From: a bacterium
GTDB taxonomy: Bacteria; Patescibacteriota; Minisyncoccia; Phycocordibacterales; UBA9973
Direction of reading: 5' to 3'
Length of the DNA: 64,000 nucleotides
NCBI GenBank assembly: GCA_037143195.1
Contig: JBAWZD010000001.1
Coordinates: 144,892 to 208,891, forward strand
The translations under genes and the position numbers were made by a program. Under the pieces are notes generated by a model that had not been told where the DNA came from, made no database searches, and worked only from the letters and a program-made list of their open reading frames with translations. How positions within the stretch are numbered: position 1 is the first letter of the stretch; every line of letters begins with the position of its first letter. Of this stretch, positions 58,696-64,000 are shown piece after piece.

Positions 58696-58956
58696 ATGGC
58701 AAAGAAGCTCTACGTTGGAGGAGTACCTTACTCTTCGACAGATGCAGATCTCAAAGCTCACTTTGAGACAGTCGGACCAGTCTTGTCCGCAGTTATTATC
58801 ATGGATAAGATGACAGGCCGTTCAAAAGGCTTCGGTTTCGTTGAAATGGAAAACGATGCTGATGCTGATACAGCTGTCGATCAGTTGAACAACACTGATT
58901 TCCAAGGACGCAAGCTTACGGTTTCTCCAGCACGTCCGCAGGAGCGCCGCTTCTAA
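58696..58956 (+). CDS. RRM-type RNA-binding protein
   Basis: RNP-2 'LYVGGV' and RNP-1 'KGFGFVEM'. 86 aa. Confidence 0.85.
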   Translation: MAKKLYVGGVPYSSTDADLKAHFETVGPVLSAVIIMDKMTGRSKGFGFVEMENDADADTAVDQLNNTDFQGRKLTVSPARPQERRF

Positions 58957-58978
58957 TCTCTTTTTGATTCCAAGCACC

Positions 58979-59014
58979 AAAACCACCCGAGCGGTAACAC
59001 GCTCGGGTGGTTTT
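58979..59014 (+). terminator. Intrinsic terminator with a 15-bp perfect stem
   Basis: aaaaccacccgagcg-gtaaca-cgctcgggtggtttt followed by gcattg. Confidence 0.8.
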
Positions 59015-59078
59015 GCATTGCCGGAACAGTTTTTATTTGATATAGTGTTTTTGCCCGATATGGGCTCGTTTTCTATTT

Positions 59079-59150
59079 GCGTGTGTAGTTCAGTGGTAGA
59101 ACGCTGTCCTGATAAGACAGAGGTCGTAGGTTCGATTCCTACCACACGCA
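59079..59150 (+). tRNA. tRNA-Ile (anticodon GAU)
   Basis: Acceptor GCGTGTG/CACACGC, anticodon stem-loop CTGTC-CTGATAA-GACAG, T-loop TTCGATT. Confidence 0.85.
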
Positions 59151-59238
59151 CAAAGAGCAGAAATGCTTATTCACTCAGACGGTTTGAAATGCTATTGAAC
59201 TTCGTGTATACTCTTGTGCGAAAGGGAGGCCAAACGCC

Positions 59239-59512
59239 GTGTTTGACCCTTTTTATTATAAAATGAGTGACCACACCCCACAATCCTATTGGCATGACGC
59301 TCTCATGGCGTTTGGCCGAATGTCGGGATGGGTGGTCGGACCAATCGTTGTGTCGTTGTTCCTCGGAAAATGGCTCGATGCGAAGTTCGGCACATGGCCT
59401 ATTATTTTTGTGGCATTGACTGGAATTGCCTTCATTCTCTCAATGTTTGGGCTCGTCAAGGAAGGCAAAAGCTATTTACGAAGCGTAGAAGAAAAGGCAG
59501 GAAAGAATACCC

Positions 59513-59541
<29 letters not shown>
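59239..59541 (+). CDS. AtpZ/AtpI-like small membrane protein preceding the F-ATPase genes
   Basis: Two TM helices and 'GWVVGPIVVSLFLGKWLD'. GTG start with a GGGAGG Shine-Dalgarno. An alternative ATG is at 59263. Confidence 0.55.
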
Positions 59542-60723
<1,182 letters not shown>

Positions 60724-60800
60724 GCAGTTTGAAGATTTGAGATTTCGGTCTTGAATCTTCACTACTGCTCGCTTGCAGTTATCAATCAATCTTACAACGT

Positions 60801-61295
60801 ATGGATTCACTCATCACCACATTTCATATCGACTGGAAAATCATCATCGCGCAGCTTATAAACTTCGCGGTTGTGTTTGCTGTGCTCTATGTATTTGCGC
60901 TCAAGCCACTCAAGAAGCTCATGGATGAGCGTTCTGAGACAATCAAAGGTGGTCTCGACAATGCGGAAAAACAAAAGGAACTTTTGGCTGCACAAGAAAA
61001 GGAATACGCAGACGCGCTCGCTACCGCTCGCGCAGAAGCTGCAGTGATGCTCAGAGAAGCAAAAAAAGATACAGAGGCATACCGCGCAGAAATGATGGAA
61101 AAGGCACTCGCTGATGTTGCAAATACTGTTGCAAACGGCAAAAAACAGATTGAAGCTGACAAGGCAAAGATGATTGAAGATGCAAAGAAAGAAATCGTTG
61201 CGATCGTCATGCAAGCAACTGAAAAAGTACTTGGTGAAGTTGCTACTGGCAAAGTCGAAACCAAATTGGTCGAGGAGAGTATAAAGAATATTTAA
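60801..61295 (+). CDS. atpF: F0F1 ATP synthase subunit b
   Basis: An N-terminal TM helix followed by a long charged helix. Confidence 0.85.
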   Translation: MDSLITTFHIDWKIIIAQLINFAVVFAVLYVFALKPLKKLMDERSETIKGGLDNAEKQKELLAAQEKEYADALATARAEAAVMLREAKKDTEAYRAEMMEKALADVANTVANGKKQIEADKAKMIEDAKKEIVAIVMQATEKVLGEVATGKVETKLVEESIKNI

Positions 61296-61298
61296 TAT

Positions 61299-61715
61299 AT
61301 GAGCGCCCGAGAGACAAAAGAATTAGCTCAAGTCTTGCTTGAAATGACGGATGAGAATCCTGAATCGCGCGAGGAGGCCCATGTGAAGAAAACCCTCAAG
61401 GAATTCGCCACATATCTCAAGAAAAAAGGTCTCTTGCGAAAAGCTGACGCAATCATCGCCGACTACCGCAGACTCTACAATAAGAAGCACAACATTGTAG
61501 AAGCGACGGTCACTCTGACGTCAAGACTTTCCGAACACACACGAGTTGAACTTCGAGAAGCACTGAAAAAGAAACACAACGCTCGCGAAGTACACATGCT
61601 CGAAAAAGTTGACCAACGTCTCATCGGCGGAATACGAGTACAAATAGAAGATGAAGTGTACGACAGCTCGATACAAAACTCACTGAAGCAATTACAAACA
61701 GAGTTACTCAAATAA
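61299..61715 (+). CDS. atpH: F0F1 ATP synthase subunit delta (OSCP)
   Basis: Lies between atpF and atpA. C-terminal 'RLIGGIRVQIEDEVYDSSI'. Confidence 0.8.
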   Translation: MSARETKELAQVLLEMTDENPESREEAHVKKTLKEFATYLKKKGLLRKADAIIADYRRLYNKKHNIVEATVTLTSRLSEHTRVELREALKKKHNAREVHMLEKVDQRLIGGIRVQIEDEVYDSSIQNSLKQLQTELLK

Positions 61716-61721
61716 AGATAT

Positions 61722-63227
61722 ATGACTACAAAAAATCTCATCATCGAAAATCTGAAAAAAGAAATCGCACACTTCAAAAAAGATGCGACGACTGAACGTG
61801 TTGGAACCGTCACCGAAGTGTTTGACGGTATCGTTCGTGTATCAGGACTCACGACAATCAAATCTTCAGAAATGGTTTTGTTCCCATCGGGCGTTATGGG
61901 TGTTGCGCTCAACCTCGAAGAAGATTCAGTCGGTATCATCGTGCTCGGTGACTACGCGACGATTAAAGAAGGTGACGAAGTCAAAGCTACAGGAAAGATT
62001 CTTGAAATCGGAGTTGGCGAGGCACTCATCGGACGCACTGTTGACGTGCTTGGCAAGCCACTCGATGGCATGGGTGCAGTGAAGGCTTCAAAGACATATC
62101 CAATCGAACGTGTTGCCTCAGGCGTGATCACTCGTCAGTCAGTCGACCAGCCAATGCAGACTGGTATCAAAGCTATCGACGCCCTCGTACCGATTGGTCG
62201 TGGACAGCGTGAGCTCATCATCGGTGACCGTCAGACAGGAAAGACTGCAATCGCAATCGACACAATCCTCAACCAAAAAGGTCAGAACATGATCTGTGTG
62301 TACGTTTCAATCGGACAGAAAGATTCCAAACTCCGCAAACTCGAAACTCGTCTCCGCGAAGGTGGCGCGATGGATTACACAGTCATCGTTTCAGCGGGAG
62401 CATCCGATCCAGCAGCGCTCGCATACATTGCACCATACGCTGGAGTTTCTATTGCAGAATATTTCATGGACAAAGGTCAGGATGTGTTGATCGTCTACGA
62501 TGATCTCTCAAAGCACGCTGTGGCATACCGCGAAATCTCGCTCTTGCTCCGCCGTCCACCAGGTCGTGAAGCATATCCTGGAGACGTCTTTTATTTGCAC
62601 TCACGTCTCCTCGAGCGTGCGTGTCGCAAGAACAAAGAGTACGGTGGTGGATCAATCACTGCACTTCCAATCATCGAAACACAAGGAGGTGACGTGTCAG
62701 CATACATTCCTACAAACGTGATTTCGATTACGGACGGACAGATCTTCTTGGAAACAGATCTCTTCTACAAGGGTATCCGCCCAGCGATCAACGTCGGTCT
62801 CTCCGTGTCTCGCGTGGGAGGATCAGCACAGATTAAAGGTATGAAGAAGGTTGCGGGAACAATCAAGCTCGACCTCGCACAATTCCGTGAGCTCGAAGCG
62901 TTCAGTCAGTTCGGCAGTGACCTCGACGAAGCGACGAAGTCTCAGCTCGAACGTGGAAAGCGCGCAGTTGAACTTTTGAAACAGCCACAGTACTCACCAA
63001 TGCTCGTTGAACACCAGATTGTTGCGCTCTACGCGCTCGTGAAGGGATATCTCGACAGTATTCCTGTCGTGAAGATCGGCGAGTTTGAAAAAGGACTTGT
63101 CGAATATGTCGAGCAGAACGCAAAAACATTCCTCAAACAAGTTCGCGAAAAGAAAATGTGGGAGGACGATGGTGAGGCAGAATTGAAACAGGCTATCGAG
63201 GATTTCAAGAAGGTGTTTGTTAATTAG
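61722..63227 (+). CDS. atpA: F0F1 ATP synthase subunit alpha
   Basis: '[15 protein letters not shown]' P-loop. 501 aa. Confidence 0.95.
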   Translation: MTTKNLIIENLKKEIAHFKKDATTERVGTVTEVFDGIVRVSGLTTIKSSEMVLFPSGVMGVALNLEEDSVGIIVLGDYATIKEGDEVKATGKILEIGVGEALIGRTVDVLGKPLDGMGAVKASKTYPIERVASGVITRQSVDQPMQTGIKAIDALVPIGRGQRELIIGDRQTGKTAIAIDTILNQKGQNMICVYVSIGQKDSKLRKLETRLREGGAMDYTVIVSAGASDPAALAYIAPYAGVSIAEYFMDKGQDVLIVYDDLSKHAVAYREISLLLRRPPGREAYPGDVFYLHSRLLERACRKNKEYGGGSITALPIIETQGGDVSAYIPTNVISITDGQIFLETDLFYKGIRPAINVGLSVSRVGGSAQIKGMKKVAGTIKLDLAQFRELEAFSQFGSDLDEATKSQLERGKRAVELLKQPQYSPMLVEHQIVALYALVKGYLDSIPVVKIGEFEKGLVEYVEQNAKTFLKQVREKKMWEDDGEAELKQAIEDFKKVFVN

Positions 63228-63238
63228 TGATTATACAT

Positions 63239-63541
63239 ATGCCAGAATATCTCTTGATACTAGTAATTTTTGTTTCCGTTGGCTTATTCATCCAATTGAA
63301 ATATAAATTAAAAATATACGAAAACAAAATCCAGGCGATACATGTAATGCTGACCATGTTTTTGTTTGGACTTGCTTGGGACTACTTCGCTACATATCGG
63401 CATCATTGGATATTCCCTGGTAATGGGTTAATTGGAATTAGAATTTTCGGTTTACCAATCGAAGAGTTTCTCTTTTTTTTAATCGCCCCATATATTGCAT
63501 TGGTCGTGTTTAAATATCACGAACAGGAAGATAAGAAATAA
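63239..63541 (+). CDS. Small 3-TM membrane protein resembling a lycopene-cyclase-domain (CrtYcd-like) protein
   Basis: 'GLPIEEFLFFLIAPY' resembles the PxEE(x)LFF motif of lycopene cyclase domain proteins. AT-rich. Located directly after atpA. Confidence 0.35.
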   Translation: MPEYLLILVIFVSVGLFIQLKYKLKIYENKIQAIHVMLTMFLFGLAWDYFATYRHHWIFPGNGLIGIRIFGLPIEEFLFFLIAPYIALVVFKYHEQEDKK

Positions 63542-63614
63542 TTACGGCTGTTGAAAAAACAAATACAATACACCTCAGCTTTCAAATATAATGATTTTGT
63601 GATAAATTAAAAAC

Positions 63615-63911
63615 ATGTCAAGCGAACTCGAAACAATTAAAGATACAATCACCAGAGATAAGGCATATCTTGCCGAGACTTACGGGGTAAAGGAGATAGG
63701 AATCTTCGGTTCTGTTGCGCGTGGTGAAGCAACAGCCACGAGTGATATCGATATGATTGTGGGGTTCAGTAAACCGATTGGACTTGAATTTATGAGTCTC
63801 GCAGTGTACCTCGAGAAAATACTCGGCAGAAAGGTCGACCTTATGACTCGCAAAAGTATTCGTCCTGCATTTCAGAAATACATCCTGCCTACTATTATCC
63901 CGATTATTTAG
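63615..63911 (+). CDS. MNT-type nucleotidyltransferase (MntA-like antitoxin domain)
   Basis: 'GIFGSVARGEATATSDIDMIV' is the GSxxRGxxxxxSDxD minimal nucleotidyltransferase motif. Confidence 0.8.
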   Translation: MSSELETIKDTITRDKAYLAETYGVKEIGIFGSVARGEATATSDIDMIVGFSKPIGLEFMSLAVYLEKILGRKVDLMTRKSIRPAFQKYILPTIIPII

Positions 63912-63913
63912 TT

Positions 63914-64000
63914 ATGGAAAAAAGTATTGAAGCTTACAAGCAAGAAATTCTCACGGCGATTAAAGATATCGAGGATTTTTCAGCAGGCTTTAATTTGCCC
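63914..64000 (+). CDS. Probable HEPN (HepT/DUF86-like) partner of the nucleotidyltransferase, 3' partial at the window edge
   Basis: Starts 3 nt after the MNT stop. The N-terminus 'MEKSIEAYKQEILTAIKDIEDF' resembles the start of DUF86. Confidence 0.4.
   Translation, partial: MEKSIEAYKQEILTAIKDIEDFSAGFNLP

Noticed and set aside
58822-59151. 109-aa minus-strand ORF (MRVVGIEPTTSVLSGQRSTTELH...)
   Set aside because: It is the antisense translation of tRNA-Ile, a classic tRNA-shadow peptide.

Overview
This 64 kb window has about 50% GC in its core genes and several AT-rich patches. The overall repertoire (class I aldolase, split transketolase, FemAB, leaderless-type promoters) is consistent with a small-genome Gram-positive-like or CPR-type bacterium. 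It carries mostly housekeeping genes, almost all on the + strand.

Main gene blocks, in order:
- the 3' part of a giant parallel-beta-helix surface protein with a C-terminal peptidoglycan-binding domain (2..5338)
- eno and gpmI
- a pyrimidine block (pyrC-like, carA, carB, pyrB)
- a minus-strand operon of ECF sigma, putative anti-sigma and a MacAB/HlyD-type efflux system (20692..26836)
- class I fructose-bisphosphate aldolase and a NUDIX hydrolase
- a PBP2 and FemAB cell-wall block
- greA and lysS
- a partial dcw cluster (mraZ, rsmH, ftsL, ftsI, murF)
- an AT-rich accessory island with three tRNAs (Glu, Arg, Phe) and orphan genes (40655..46100)
- gapA and a pentose-phosphate block (rpiB, rpe, split tktA/tktB)
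- prs, ctc/L25, rpmE, prfA and an RRM protein
- tRNA-Ile and the F-ATPase operon (atpZ, atpB, atpE, atpF, atpH, atpA), followed immediately by a membrane protein and a nucleotidyltransferase/HEPN pair

Observations worth a second look:
- a recurring extended -10 (TGnTAYAMT) sitting only 6 to 10 nt upstream of start codons, suggesting leaderless mRNAs
- a small ORF with five consecutive Val codons next to a terminator and an alternative antiterminator, upstream of an AT-rich orphan gene
- two long-stem structured elements (about 120 nt) immediately 3' of genes
- an 8-G homopolymer that splits a membrane-protein gene
- five 10-bp-phased direct repeats upstream of mraZ that look like an MraZ operator
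- twin perfect palindromes in the accessory island

No CRISPR array or insertion-sequence/transposase gene was found.
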